64,000 nt of DNA, taken from NCBI GenBank assembly GCA_021325135.1, contig JAJPHT010000016.1, forward strand, positions 1-64,000, given 5' to 3'. A model generated the notes under the pieces. The model was given only the letters and a program-made list of their open reading frames with translations. It had not been told where the DNA came from and did no database searches. The stretch comes from Pseudomonadota bacterium. GTDB lineage: Archaea > Thermoplasmatota > SW-10-69-26 > JACQPN01 > JAJPHT01. A program made the translations under genes and the position numbers. Shown one piece after another: positions 26,823 through 37,108 of the stretch. Position 1 is the stretch's first letter. Each line of letters opens with the position of its first letter.

Positions 26823-27986
26823 ATGCCAGGCGAGCGCACGACCAGCGTCCACGGCCGCGAGGAGCCCCGCGCGGGCCCGCTGGTCACTCCCATCCACCAG
26901 ACGAGCACCTTCGTCCTCGCCAGCGCGCAGGAGGTGGACGACGTCTACGAGGGGCGCCGCCAGGGCGACGTCTACACGCGCTACTCCAACCCGTCCACCA
27001 CCAGCGTGGAGTCGCGCCTCGCCGCGCTGGAGGGCACGCAGGACGCCGTCGTCTCGGGCTCGGGCATGGCGGCCATCGCGACGGGCGTCCTCGCCTTCGT
27101 CGGCGCGGGCGGGCGCATCGTCTCCACCTCCGACCTGTACGGGGGCACGATCAACCTCTTCCGCACGCTGGAGTCGCGCTTCGGCATCCGCATCGACCAC
27201 GTCTCGCCCACCGACGTGGACGCGCTGCGCGCGGCGCTGCGGACGAAGGCGGACCTCGTCTACCTGGAGACGCCCACGAACCCCACGCTGCGCCTCGTGG
27301 ACCTGGCGCAGAGCGCGCAGATCGCGCGCGCCGCCGGCGCCGTCACGCTGGTGGACAGCACCTTCGCGAGCCCCGTGAACTCGCGGCCGCACGCCCTGGG
27401 CATCGACCTCGTGATGCACAGCGCGACGAAGTACCTGGGCGGGCACAGCGACATCAGCGCGGGCGCCGTCTGCGGCTCGCGCGAGCACGTCGCGCGCGTG
27501 CGCGGCCTGCACAAGCTCATGGGCGCCGTGCTGGACCCGCACGCGGCGTTCCTCCTGGAGCGCGGCCTGCGCACGCTGCCGCTGCGCGTCAAGGCCGCCA
27601 ACGACAACGCGCAGGCGGTGGCCGAGCACCTCGCGCGCCACCCCGCGGTCAAGCGCGTGCACTACCCGGGCCTGCCCTCGCACCCGCAGCACGCCCTCGC
27701 GAAGCGCCAGATGCCGGGCGGCTACGGGGGCCTCCTCTCCTTCGACCTGGCGAGCTTCGACGACGCGAAGCGCTTCCTGGACGGCCTGCGCGTCGTGCGC
27801 AACGCGGCCAGCCTCGGCGGCGTCGAAAGCCTGTGCAGCCTGCCCCTCCAGCAGAGCCACCGCAACCAGCCCAAGGAGGTGCTGGACCGCGCCGGCATCG
27901 TGCCCGGCACCGTGCGCCTCGCGCTGGGCATCGAGGACGCGGCGGACCTCGTCGCGGACGTGGACCAGGCGCTCAAGGGGCTCTGA
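26823..27986 (+). CDS. Cys/Met metabolism PLP enzyme (cystathionine gamma-synthase/lyase family)
   Basis: YTRYSNP, SGMAAI, ETPTNP, HSATKYLGGHSD, SLGGVESL. Confidence 0.95.
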   Translation: MPGERTTSVHGREEPRAGPLVTPIHQTSTFVLASAQEVDDVYEGRRQGDVYTRYSNPSTTSVESRLAALEGTQDAVVSGSGMAAIATGVLAFVGAGGRIVSTSDLYGGTINLFRTLESRFGIRIDHVSPTDVDALRAALRTKADLVYLETPTNPTLRLVDLAQSAQIARAAGAVTLVDSTFASPVNSRPHALGIDLVMHSATKYLGGHSDISAGAVCGSREHVARVRGLHKLMGAVLDPHAAFLLERGLRTLPLRVKAANDNAQAVAEHLARHPAVKRVHYPGLPSHPQHALAKRQMPGGYGGLLSFDLASFDDAKRFLDGLRVVRNAASLGGVESLCSLPLQQSHRNQPKEVLDRAGIVPGTVRLALGIEDAADLVADVDQALKGL

Positions 27987-28305
27987 CCCGGCGCCAGGGT
28001 GGACCGGTGTCCCCGCGGCGCTAACACGCAGGCCCGGGCCTCGAAAGCGATTTGGGGGAGGCGAAAGCTATCGAGGCATCCCGCGGCTCACCTTCAGCGA
28101 CCTCGCGCAATCCATCGAGCACAGCCGGCTGACGCGCTCCACGTTCGACTACGTCTACGAGAGCCCCACGTCGGTCCAGGAGCGCGCGACGTACCTCGTC
28201 TTCGACAGCTCGGAGGCGGGGCTCAACGCGATCGCGCTCCCCGCGAGGCCCCTGGAGGGGGAGACCGACCGGAGCGCCGACGTCGACGGCAAGCCGGCGC
28301 CCACC

Positions 28306-29277
28306 GTGCCCTTCTCCATCGTGCAGCGGCTCGCCATGGGCTTCGCGAAGCGCGTCGGGCTGCGCGAGTCCGCGGTGCGGGCGCTGGGGAGGCTGCTGGA
28401 ACGGGGCGCGGAGGGGCCGCTCGACCTGGAGGCCCAGGCGTCGGACCTCCAGGAGGTGAGGACCGGGATGGGGAAGCTCGACCAGGCCGACCTCGAGGTC
28501 CGGGGCCTCGTGCTCCTCGTCAACGCGGCCGGCGAAGGGCACTACGTCCCGTTCGTCTACCTGGGGAATCCCGTGGGCAAGGGGTTCCGCAACGTCGCGC
28601 TGGTCCGCCAGAGGCACCGCCCCATCCGGTGGAAAGGATATCTCCGCTCGTGGGCGGCGGGGCAGTATCGCGTCTCGCAGGACTTCTACCTCAGCCAGGG
28701 GCACGCGAGCCACCTCTACCTGCGTCCTCCGCCTGGGACGGCGCTGGGGCGCTGCGCGCTGCCGGGGCACTGGCCCAAGGACGCGGTGGACTCGAACCCC
28801 CACGGAAGCGTCTGGTCCGTCTACGTGAGGCAGAGCGCCAAGAGGGAGATCGCCGCCGCGAAGGCCAAGGCCGGAGCCGAGCGGGGGAGCCCCGCGTGGA
28901 ACGCGCAGGCGTCCTTCCTGCTCCCTCCGACGCCCCGCGTGCTGCTGGGATTCGTGTTCCTCCTCCTCTCGGTGGGATCGCTGTGGCTGGGCACGCGGGG
29001 GGACGCCGCGATCACCCAGAAGCTCCTCTCCCTGGACGCCCTCGCGGGCAGCATCACGCTCCCCATCCTGTGGGCGTACCGCGAGAACGACATCGCCATC
29101 CTCCACGTCGGGGGGCGCGCGATAGTCCTGGGCATCATCGCCGGCGTCTGGCTCGCCATCTCCTCCGAGGCGGGCGTCGCCCCCGTCGCGGCGGGGATCG
29201 CCATGGCGGTGGGGCTCGCCATGAGCGCGCTCGACTTCGCGCTCGCCCTGCAGGCAGCCCGCGAAAGCCATAAGTAG
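28306..29277 (+). CDS. Hypothetical membrane protein (about 4 C-terminal TMs); true start may lie further upstream
   Basis: GC-ending codons; frame open and protein-like back to ~28078. Confidence 0.65.
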   Translation: MPFSIVQRLAMGFAKRVGLRESAVRALGRLLERGAEGPLDLEAQASDLQEVRTGMGKLDQADLEVRGLVLLVNAAGEGHYVPFVYLGNPVGKGFRNVALVRQRHRPIRWKGYLRSWAAGQYRVSQDFYLSQGHASHLYLRPPPGTALGRCALPGHWPKDAVDSNPHGSVWSVYVRQSAKREIAAAKAKAGAERGSPAWNAQASFLLPPTPRVLLGFVFLLLSVGSLWLGTRGDAAITQKLLSLDALAGSITLPILWAYRENDIAILHVGGRAIVLGIIAGVWLAISSEAGVAPVAAGIAMAVGLAMSALDFALALQAARESHK

Positions 29278-29408
29278 CGAGAGGCCAGATTGTCGGCTAC
29301 ATAGGGGCGGCTCCGCGCTGCCCCTATTTTTTCTCACCCCGGGCCCCCAGCGAAGCCCTTGTCCGGAGAAGCCCTTAAGATGGAGGAGCGACGAGAACGC
29401 GGCCTGCC

Positions 29409-29951
29409 ATGATGCTGCCCAGCCACCTCCTGGCGAGCCTCCTCCTCGGGCTCGCGCTCTCGCAGTGGCGGCGGCTCACGCCCCGCGACTGGGCGCTGGC
29501 GCTGGGCTTCGGCGTGGCCATCGACGCGGACCACCTCCTGCAGCTTCGCTCGTACATCCTCTCCCACGGGGGGCTCAAGGGCATGCACGCGGCGACCATC
29601 GTCCACTGGGGCGCCTCGTGGCAGGGCTTCATGCACACGCCCCTGGCGCTCGTCCTCGTCGTGCCCGCGTGCCTCCTCTTCCGCACGCTGATCCCGGCGA
29701 CGTTCTGGGGGCTCCACATGTTCCAGGACTTCGTCATCGCCCGGAGCTACGTCGTGTTCGGGAGCGCCGAGGAATGGGCCATCGACGCGGCGATGCTGGC
29801 GCTCCTCATCGCGGGCTTCTGGCTTGACCGTCGTCGCCACGGCGCGCGGGAGCCGCTGCTCCACCACGTCGCGCGCCAGCTCGGCTGGACGCCAGGCGGG
29901 AAAGCCGCCACCGCTCCGCCGGAATCCTCGGGTCGGACGGACGCCCCGTGA
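29409..29951 (+). CDS. Membrane metal-dependent hydrolase-like protein (YdjM-like)
   Basis: SH...IDADH...MHTP...HMFQD His/Asp motifs within TM segments. Confidence 0.7.
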   Translation: MMLPSHLLASLLLGLALSQWRRLTPRDWALALGFGVAIDADHLLQLRSYILSHGGLKGMHAATIVHWGASWQGFMHTPLALVLVVPACLLFRTLIPATFWGLHMFQDFVIARSYVVFGSAEEWAIDAAMLALLIAGFWLDRRRHGAREPLLHHVARQLGWTPGGKAATAPPESSGRTDAP

Positions 29952-29957
29952 GGCGGG

Positions 29958-30674
29958 TCAGCCCCGCGCGAAGCTCGCGCACGCGCCCCGCGGCGTGGCG
30001 GCGCAGCGCGCGGCGCGGGAGCGCGACCCGGGCGCGCCCTCCTCGCGGCCATCCGTGCTGGGCTCCGAGATCGACCCGAAGCCGTGCGCGCGCCCGTGGC
30101 GCGTGGCGGCCGCGGCGACGAGCGCGCCCACGGCGGCCCCCGCGAAGTCGCAGAGGATGTCCGTCATGGTGTCGAAGTTGCCGCCTTGCTCGTGCGTGCC
30201 GAAGAACGTGTCCGTCGTGAACTCGACGATCTCCCAGAACGTGCACACGGTCACGGCCATGGAGAAGAGGTAGACGCCCGCCTCCGCGGGCGTGACGCGC
30301 GTCCACGCCCAGAGCCAGCCCGTGGACTGCGAGAGCGCATAGAAGACCAGCACCAGCGCCAGCGGGACCAGGGTGTGCAGCGCCTTGTCGTAGTCCGCGA
30401 ACCGGGCGTAGAGGCCGAAGGCGTGCCCCGAGACGTGGAGGACGAACGCGAAGAGCACGGCAGCCTCGGCGGCGCGCAGCGTGCGCGGCCGGCGCGTGGG
30501 GATCAGCGTGAAGAGCGCGCTCACGCCAAGACCCAGGAGCGAGGAACCCACCAGCAGGGGGCGCGTCGTGTACTGCGGCTGGACCGTCATGGAGTACGCC
30601 GCGATGACCAGGAGCGCGCCGCGCAGCGCCCACACGGCGTGGCTCTCCAGGGGGCGGGGTCGGAGGGGGCGCAT
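29958..30674 (-). CDS. Membrane protein (DUF2238/YjdF-like)
   Basis: YDKALH, WEIVEF, DTMTDI motifs. Confidence 0.7.
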   Translation of the reverse strand: MRPLRPRPLESHAVWALRGALLVIAAYSMTVQPQYTTRPLLVGSSLLGLGVSALFTLIPTRRPRTLRAAEAAVLFAFVLHVSGHAFGLYARFADYDKALHTLVPLALVLVFYALSQSTGWLWAWTRVTPAEAGVYLFSMAVTVCTFWEIVEFTTDTFFGTHEQGGNFDTMTDILCDFAGAAVGALVAAAATRHGRAHGFGSISEPSTDGREEGAPGSRSRAARCAATPRGACASFARG

Positions 30675-30782
30675 GCGTTCGCCAGGACGGACTCGGCGTC
30701 CCACCTTATGGAGGCGCCACAATGTCCTCATGGGCGGGACCGAGGCAACGAGCCGTCCAGAGCGGATGGATGCCCTCTGGGC

Positions 30783-31970
30783 TCACGTCTCGCCCTTGAG
30801 GATCCCCACCAGCTTCTCCTCCAGCACCCGAGCGGGGATATCGGGAAGCGAGATCAAAGTCGTCGTCCCGACGACGCCCTTGCCGCTGCGCTTGGTGTGG
30901 ATGAAGCCCAGCGAGTCCAGGTCCTTCAAGAACGTCCAGAACTGCGTGTGCGCGCGGGCCTTCTCGCCGAACTCCTCGCACGCGAGGGCGTAGCGCTCCT
31001 CGGCCTCGCCGGTGGTGGCGAAGGCGGCGCCCTTCTTGAGGACGCGCGCGATGGCCAGGAGCGTGAGGGCCTTGTGCCGCTCCAGCTCCACGAGCTTGGT
31101 CTCTGTGACGAAGGGGTGGCTCTCGGCCGCCGCGGCGCGGATGTCCTCGGGCTCGACGTGGTCGCGGCTCGCGTCCTCCGCCAGCTGGCCCGACTTCTGG
31201 AGAAGCTCGATGGCGTAGCGCGCGTCGCCGTAGGGCGCGGCGGTGTCGGCGGCCAATTCCTCCAGGTCCTCGGGGAAGGCGTTCTTGTGGAACGCGAGGT
31301 CCACGCGCTGGTGGATGATGCCCTTCAGCTGCTCGGCGTCGTAGCGCTCCAGCGGGAGGACGCCCGTGCGCTTGAAGGTGGACTGCGCGGCCTCGTCCAG
31401 GAGCGTGCGCGCGTCCTGCTGCGAGACCATGATGAGGCTCACGCTGAACTTCGCCTTGCCGCTCTCCTCGTTGAAGCGCGTGAGGTTGTAGATGAGGTCG
31501 CTCCCGCTCTTCTTGAGGAGGATGTCCACCTCGTCGAGGATGACGATGAGGTGCGCCTCGGCGCGCTCCAGACGCTTCTTGAGGATCTCCAGCATCTCGG
31601 CGTTGCTGAAGCCGCGGTCCGGGAAGCGCTCGTCGAAGTGCGTGAGGATCTTCAGCAGCGCGGCGCCCTCGGTGCTGCGGCGGCGGCAGTTCACGTCGGT
31701 GTACTCGATGTTGACGCCCTGGCTGCGCGCGTGAGCCTTCAGGTCGCGGCAGAAGGCGCGGGAGAGCGCGGTCTTGCCGCTGCCCACGGGGCCCGTGACC
31801 AGGACGTGCTGGGCGGCGCCGCCCTGGAGCAGGGGGCGGAACTGGCGGGCGAGCTTGGCGATCTCCTCCTCGCGGCCCGGGAGCCGGTCGGGGACGTAGT
31901 CGTAGGAGAGCTTCCCGGCGTCCTTGAAGAGCGACGGGCCCTCCATCTCGCCCGCGATGATGTCGCGCAT
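30783..31970 (-). CDS. cdc6: Orc1/Cdc6 replication initiator
   Basis: LSYDYVPDRLPGREEE, GPVGSGKT, VNC, ILDEVD, GDARYAI, C-terminal winged helix. Confidence 0.96.
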   Translation of the reverse strand: MRDIIAGEMEGPSLFKDAGKLSYDYVPDRLPGREEEIAKLARQFRPLLQGGAAQHVLVTGPVGSGKTALSRAFCRDLKAHARSQGVNIEYTDVNCRRRSTEGAALLKILTHFDERFPDRGFSNAEMLEILKKRLERAEAHLIVILDEVDILLKKSGSDLIYNLTRFNEESGKAKFSVSLIMVSQQDARTLLDEAAQSTFKRTGVLPLERYDAEQLKGIIHQRVDLAFHKNAFPEDLEELAADTAAPYGDARYAIELLQKSGQLAEDASRDHVEPEDIRAAAAESHPFVTETKLVELERHKALTLLAIARVLKKGAAFATTGEAEERYALACEEFGEKARAHTQFWTFLKDLDSLGFIHTKRSGKGVVGTTTLISLPDIPARVLEEKLVGILKGET

Positions 31971-32086
31971 ACCGCACCACGAACCCCCCGAACCGGAAGA
32001 ACGTTTCGTAGTTTCGGAGCACGTGGATCGAAGGTGGAAGGCTCCCCCGATTCCCTCGGGGGAGCACTTTCAGGCTTCTGCGCGCC

Positions 32087-33325
32087 TCACCGGCGCCGGA
32101 GGGCCAGGGCGGCGAGGCCCAGGAGGCCCAGCACAAGGGCAAGGCCCGGGGCGGGGACGACGTAGGTGCCCGTCTTGAGGTCCTTGAGGACCGCCGTCGC
32201 GGGCTCCTGGCCGGAGCCGGTCTGGACGAGGAGCGTGTCGCCCTTGGAGACCTTGCCGTCGCCGTCCTTGTCGGTGAAGGTCAGCGTGACGCCGCCCTGG
32301 GTCTTGTGGCCCTCGGAGAGGGTCATGCTCCACAGGGTGGGCTGCGCGCCGAAGCTCATGGAGTCCGCGCTGCCGGAGCCGGCGCCGCTCGCGTCCTTGA
32401 CCTCCACGGAGACCTCCGAGAGGGGGATGCCGCCGCTGCTCTCGAAGGTCCACGTGACGTTGGAGGGCTGGTCGCCGCTGCCGCTGGAGAAGGGGAGCTT
32501 GTCGCTGGTGTAGCGCAGGCCCACCGCGCGGGTCACGGACTCGGGGACCTGGAGCGCGAGCTCGCCGTTGTAGTAGAAGTCGATCTGCGTCGTGGCGCCC
32601 GAGAAGGGGTCCGCCGCGGCGCCGCTGCCGCTCTCCTTGGGGAGGGTGGTCTCCAGGTGGCAGAGGCGCGGGGGCTGCGAGTTGAGCACGTCCGCGGTGG
32701 CGTTGGTGGGCTGGCCCTGCTCCTTGGCGGAGAAGACGACGCGCACCGCGGCCTGGCCGTGGCAGGTGGTGGGCTCGGCGCTCACGACGCTGACGTTGCT
32801 GCCCTGGAAGGCGCCCACGACGTCGGTGGGGCTGAGGAACTGGCCGAAGGGGCTCTTCTCGGGGCTGGGCACCATGCTGCTGCCCTGGCCCGACTCGTTG
32901 GCGGGCGGGAAGACGAACGCCGTGCCGTTGGCGAGGTAGAGGCTCCCCTCCTTCGTGGTGTAGATGCTGAAGCCGCTCTTGAGGAAGGCCGCGGCCTCGG
33001 CGTTGCCCTGGGACTGCGCCGCGAGGGCCTGCGGGTCGCCGCGAAGCTCCACGTAGCTCGTCTTCGTGGAGTTGTCGAAGGTCGCGTTGAACGTGATGAT
33101 CTTGTTCGCGCCGGAGAGGACGCTGGCCGACATGGCGAACTGCTGGGGGATGCCGGCGGCCGCCGCGTCCAGGAGCGCCTTGCCGCCCGCGGGCGTAAGC
33201 TGGTCCGCGCTGGGCGTCGAGGCCGTGGGGGTCGTGTTGCTGGCGTTGTTGCCGGCGCAGCCGGCAAGGACCATGCCCAGGCCCACGACGATGAGGAGAA
33301 GCGTGCGCGACGTCAGTCGTTCCAC
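32087..33325 (-). CDS. Lipoprotein with C-terminal PGF-CTERM-like tail
   Basis: Lipobox LAGC; DKDGDGKVSKGD Ca-binding-like loop; VPAPG-hydrophobic-RRR. Confidence 0.85.
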   Translation of the reverse strand: MERLTSRTLLLIVVGLGMVLAGCAGNNASNTTPTASTPSADQLTPAGGKALLDAAAAGIPQQFAMSASVLSGANKIITFNATFDNSTKTSYVELRGDPQALAAQSQGNAEAAAFLKSGFSIYTTKEGSLYLANGTAFVFPPANESGQGSSMVPSPEKSPFGQFLSPTDVVGAFQGSNVSVVSAEPTTCHGQAAVRVVFSAKEQGQPTNATADVLNSQPPRLCHLETTLPKESGSGAAADPFSGATTQIDFYYNGELALQVPESVTRAVGLRYTSDKLPFSSGSGDQPSNVTWTFESSGGIPLSEVSVEVKDASGAGSGSADSMSFGAQPTLWSMTLSEGHKTQGGVTLTFTDKDGDGKVSKGDTLLVQTGSGQEPATAVLKDLKTGTYVVPAPGLALVLGLLGLAALALRRR

Positions 33326-33385
33326 CGGGGTCGCCGAGGGGGACCCCTGGGTTTGTAGCTTGCGGATTCCCTGTTGAATGCCGGC

Positions 33386-34495
33386 TCAGGCGCGCCCGCG
33401 GCCGGCCAGCGCGGCGGGGTCGTGCCCCAGATCCGCGAGGCGCTGGCGCGTGGCGCCCTCCACGAGGAGCGGCCGGCGCGCGAGGTCCGAGGCGCGCGCG
33501 GAGCCGGTGAGGAAGCACGCCGTCCTCAATTCCAATTCCACCTGCCCCGCGAACGCGATGGCGTCCTTGGCGGAGCGGTTCGCGGCGTGGAGGAACGCGC
33601 TGGCGAAGCCCGCGAGCGTCGCGCCCAGGGCCAGCGCGCGCGCCGCGTCGAGCCCGCTGCGCAGGCCCCCCGTGGCGACCACCGGCAATCCCACCTGCGC
33701 TTCCAGCACGGAGACCGGGGTGGGGATGCCCCAGTCGCGGTAGAGCGCGCCGAGGCGCTCGCGGTCCGCGCGCCCTTCGGCCGCGGCGCGGAACGTCTCC
33801 ACCGCCGCGAACGTCGTGCCCGAGAGCCCGCCCACGTCCAGCGCCGCGACGCCGCACGCCTTGAGCGCGGAGGCCGTGCCGCGCGCCATGCCCGCGCCGG
33901 TCTCCTTGGCGATGACGGGGACGCCCAGGTCCTTGGAGAGGTCGCGGATGGCGTCGCGCACGCCGCGGCTGCGCAGGTCCCCCTCGGGCTGCACCGTCTC
34001 CTGGAGCGGGTTGAGGTGGACGATGAGCGCGTCGGCGTCGAGCATCTTCACCAGCTCGTCGATCTGGGCGCGGGTGAGCGGCCCCTTCTTGGCCTGCGGC
34101 ACCAGCTGGGGCGCGCCGATGTTCGCGCACACGAAGGGCACGGAGTGGTCGCGCACGACGGCGAAGCTGCGCCGCGCCTCCGGTGATAGCAAAGCGGCGC
34201 GCTGGGAGCCCACGCCCATGGCGAGCCCGCGTGCAGCGGCTGCGGCGGCGAGGTTGCCGTTGATGCGCTCCGCGTCGGGGTAGCCCCCCGTCATGCTGGC
34301 GATCATCACGGGCGCGCCCAGGTCCGCGCCCAGGAAGCGCGTGCGCAGGTCGACGCCCTCCAGGTCCACGTCGGGCGCGGCCTCGTGGAGCAGGCGCACG
34401 TCGTCCCAGGCGTTCTCCCGCGCGCGCACGTCCTGGCCCAGGATGATGTCGACGTGCTCCTGCTTGCGGCTGCGGGTCTGCTCGGGCTCGCCCAT
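33386..34495 (-). CDS. fni: Type 2 isopentenyl-diphosphate delta-isomerase
   Basis: RKQEH, SMTGG, GVGSQR, HLNPLQE.VQPEGD, KETGAG, GGLRSG. Confidence 0.96.
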   Translation of the reverse strand: MGEPEQTRSRKQEHVDIILGQDVRARENAWDDVRLLHEAAPDVDLEGVDLRTRFLGADLGAPVMIASMTGGYPDAERINGNLAAAAAARGLAMGVGSQRAALLSPEARRSFAVVRDHSVPFVCANIGAPQLVPQAKKGPLTRAQIDELVKMLDADALIVHLNPLQETVQPEGDLRSRGVRDAIRDLSKDLGVPVIAKETGAGMARGTASALKACGVAALDVGGLSGTTFAAVETFRAAAEGRADRERLGALYRDWGIPTPVSVLEAQVGLPVVATGGLRSGLDAARALALGATLAGFASAFLHAANRSAKDAIAFAGQVELELRTACFLTGSARASDLARRPLLVEGATRQRLADLGHDPAALAGRGRA

Positions 34496-34525
34496 GCGCA
34501 AGGCCCGGAGGCGGGGCGCCGCGCT

Positions 34526-34993
34526 TCAACGTGCCTGTCCCGCCGCGGCGGCGCGCCGGCCCCAAAGGCGCCGCGCGTCGTCCGCGAGGACCCACGCCAG
34601 GAGCGCCAGCGCGACGAGGGGGAAGAACGCCTCCGTGGTCGTCGCGGCCACGACGCGCTGGCGCGGCGGCCCGTCCCACGCCGCCATGGAGCCCAGGAGG
34701 AGAAGCTGCGCCGCGAGCGTCACGACGCGCCCCGCGCGGGGGGCGAGCGCGAGCGTGGCCAGCGACGCGACGCTGGGGAGCGCGACCAGAAGGAGGGCCA
34801 TGAGCGCGATGAGCGCGGGCAGGACGAAGAGGAGCCCGATGACCGTGGCCGCAAGGAAGGACAGCAGGCCCAGCGCGCCGACCGCCGGCGCGAGGAAGAC
34901 GGCCGCCTCGGCGAGCAAGAAGATCAGCAGGGCGCGCTCGGAAAGAGGGCGCTCGCGGTGGAGCCTCCGGCGCAGCCAGCCTCGCACGGCCAC
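34526..34993 (-). CDS. Hypothetical membrane protein
   Basis: Several hydrophobic segments; lies between ipk and fni. Confidence 0.6.
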   Translation of the reverse strand: MAVRGWLRRRLHRERPLSERALLIFLLAEAAVFLAPAVGALGLLSFLAATVIGLLFVLPALIALMALLLVALPSVASLATLALAPRAGRVVTLAAQLLLLGSMAAWDGPPRQRVVAATTTEAFFPLVALALLAWVLADDARRLWGRRAAAAGQAR

Positions 34994-35037
34994 CCAGCCG
35001 AAGGCGGGGAGATGAGCGCTTGGTGCCGACTCTCAGA

Positions 35038-35787
35038 TCAAGAAAGGACGACGGTCCCCACCGTGGGCTTCCCCGCCAGCGTGTCGGCGAGCCTTCCGGG
35101 AACGGCGCCGTTGACCACGTGGACCTCGACGCCCGCCTTGGCGACCTCGCGCGCCCGCGCGAGCTTGCCCGCCATGCCCCCCGTGACGTCGTGCCCCCGC
35201 GCGTGGCCGCCGCCCACGTGGTCGTGGGGCCCGACGCGGGGCAGGAGCGCGCCGTCGGGCCAGCGGTCGTAGATGCCGTCCACGTCGGTCACGAACACGG
35301 CGCGCTCGGGGCGCAGCGCGCGCGCCAGCTCGGCCATGATGACGTCGCCGCTGAGGATGCCCCAGCCGCGGGAGGCGTCCAGCGCGCCGTCCCCTGATAG
35401 CACGGGCACGAAGCCCGCGGCCAGCGTGTCCGCCACCGGCGCGTGCGCGAAGGAGAGGAGCCGCCCCGAGTCCAGCCGCGCCAGGTCATACGTCGAGTGC
35501 GTGATGGCGGGGAGCCCCGCGTCGCGCAGCGCCTCGGAGACGAGCACCGACAGCTCGCGCACGTCGGCGTGGACCTGCGCGAACGCCGCGTCGCGGCGCG
35601 CGTCCCGGTCGCGCCCCTCCGCGAGGCGGAACTCCTTCGCCAGGACGTGGCCGTAGGAGCCCGCGCCGTGGACGACGACCAGCGGACCGGGCGCGGCGCG
35701 AAGCTCCTGCGCGAGGCGCGAGAGGTCCTCCAGGCGCGGCGCGCGGTACGTTGCCTTGTCGGTGATGACGCTGCCGCCCAGCTTCAC
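35038..35787 (-). CDS. ipk: Isopentenyl phosphate kinase
   Basis: GTG overlaps the mvk stop; KLGGSVITDK, HGAGSYGH, DVTGGM. Confidence 0.93.
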   Translation of the reverse strand: MKLGGSVITDKATYRAPRLEDLSRLAQELRAAPGPLVVVHGAGSYGHVLAKEFRLAEGRDRDARRDAAFAQVHADVRELSVLVSEALRDAGLPAITHSTYDLARLDSGRLLSFAHAPVADTLAAGFVPVLSGDGALDASRGWGILSGDVIMAELARALRPERAVFVTDVDGIYDRWPDGALLPRVGPHDHVGGGHARGHDVTGGMAGKLARAREVAKAGVEVHVVNGAVPGRLADTLAGKPTVGTVVLS

Positions 35788-36728
35788 AAGGTGGACGCGC
35801 TCACCCCCGGGCCGCCAAGCTGCACGACGAGCGGGTGCCCGCCGCGCTTCGCGATGGCCGCGGCGCACGCCTCGGGCTCGTCGGTCAAGGCGATCATGCT
35901 CCCGCCGCCACCGGAGCCCGTGAGCTTCGCGCCGTAGGCGTGCTGCCGCGCGGCGTTGCACAGGTCGTCGAGCTTGGGCGTGGAGACGCCCAGGATGGTG
36001 AGGAGGTCGTGGGCCTCGTCCATGGCGACGCCCAGAGCCAGCTTCTCGCGGTCCTGGATCAGCTCCACCGCCTGGCGGCTGATCTTGCCCAGGTCGCGGA
36101 TGACCTCCCGCGCGAAGCCCGTCTTCTTGACGAAGCGGCCCACCTTGGCCACCTCGTCCATGGTGCGCCCGCGCTGGAGGGAGTTCCCGATGACCAGCGT
36201 GAGGGGGGGGATGTCGATGTGATGCAGGTACCAGCGGCGCTCCCCGCGCTGGATGTCCCACAGGAAGCCCGGGCCCTTCTCCTTGTCCACGAGGACCGCG
36301 TGCCCGTGGGTGACGGTGCTGGTGTCGGTGGGGCTCCCGCGGCCGCGCTGGGCGCTGACCTCCGCGGCGTAGGCCTCCCGGGCGCAACGCTCCTCCCCAA
36401 GCTGCCCCTGCAGCTGCAGGAGGGCGGCCGTCGTGGCGACGGAGAGGGCGGCGCTGCTGCCCAGGCCCGAGGCGCTGGGGACGCGGCTGTCGGTGCGCAC
36501 GTCCAGGGGCGGCCCCCCCTTCCAGAGGTTCTCGATGGCGTCCTTGATGTACGCGTGGTGGTAGGGCGCGAGGGGCTGCCCATTGACCCGGTGCTGGTCC
36601 CCCGCTTCCCTCACGGTGACCTCGGTGCGCAGGCTCAGCGCCACGGCCACGGCCGGCTCGCCGTAGACGACCGCGTGCTCCCCGAAGAGGATCACCTTCC
36701 CGGGGGCCGAGGCCCGCGCGCCCGCCAT
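35784..36728 (-). CDS. mvk: Mevalonate kinase
   Basis: APGKVILFGEHAVVYG, GLGSSAA, GAKLTGSGGGG. Confidence 0.94.
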   Translation of the reverse strand: MAGARASAPGKVILFGEHAVVYGEPAVAVALSLRTEVTVREAGDQHRVNGQPLAPYHHAYIKDAIENLWKGGPPLDVRTDSRVPSASGLGSSAALSVATTAALLQLQGQLGEERCAREAYAAEVSAQRGRGSPTDTSTVTHGHAVLVDKEKGPGFLWDIQRGERRWYLHHIDIPPLTLVIGNSLQRGRTMDEVAKVGRFVKKTGFAREVIRDLGKISRQAVELIQDREKLALGVAMDEAHDLLTILGVSTPKLDDLCNAARQHAYGAKLTGSGGGGSMIALTDEPEACAAAIAKRGGHPLVVQLGGPGVSASTL

Positions 36729-36865
36729 GCGTCGCGGGCAACAGGACCGAGCCGGATAAGGGCACCGAAGGGCGCGGCAGGGCGCTGGCCTCGGCAGACT
36801 GACGGGGAACCGCCGGCACGGCCCAGAGAAACTGACTTACCGACCAACGGACAACACCTTCGGGC

Positions 36866-37108
36866 ATGGCCGACCCGGTCCGAGCCCTGCCTGACGCCCT
36901 GTTGGGCCTCGCGCCCACTCGTGGAACCGTCTGCCCCCGATGCGGGTCGCCCACCAGCGCGCTTGCCAACGGCCGGGGTCGGCTGGACATCTGCGCGCGC
37001 TGCGGGACCTTCGACATGACGACGCCCGAAGGGCTCACCCTCTTCTCCCTGAAGGGCCTCGAGCTGCCCCGCGCCGTCCTGAAGCTGAAGGCGGCGGACG
37101 AGCCTTAG
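36866..37108 (+). CDS. Small zinc-ribbon protein
   Basis: CPRC...CARC. Confidence 0.6.
   Translation: MADPVRALPDALLGLAPTRGTVCPRCGSPTSALANGRGRLDICARCGTFDMTTPEGLTLFSLKGLELPRAVLKLKAADEP

Noticed and set aside
31971-32086. Replication origin next to cdc6
   Set aside because: The gap is short, with no AT-rich unwinding element or repeated ORB/G-string boxes visible.
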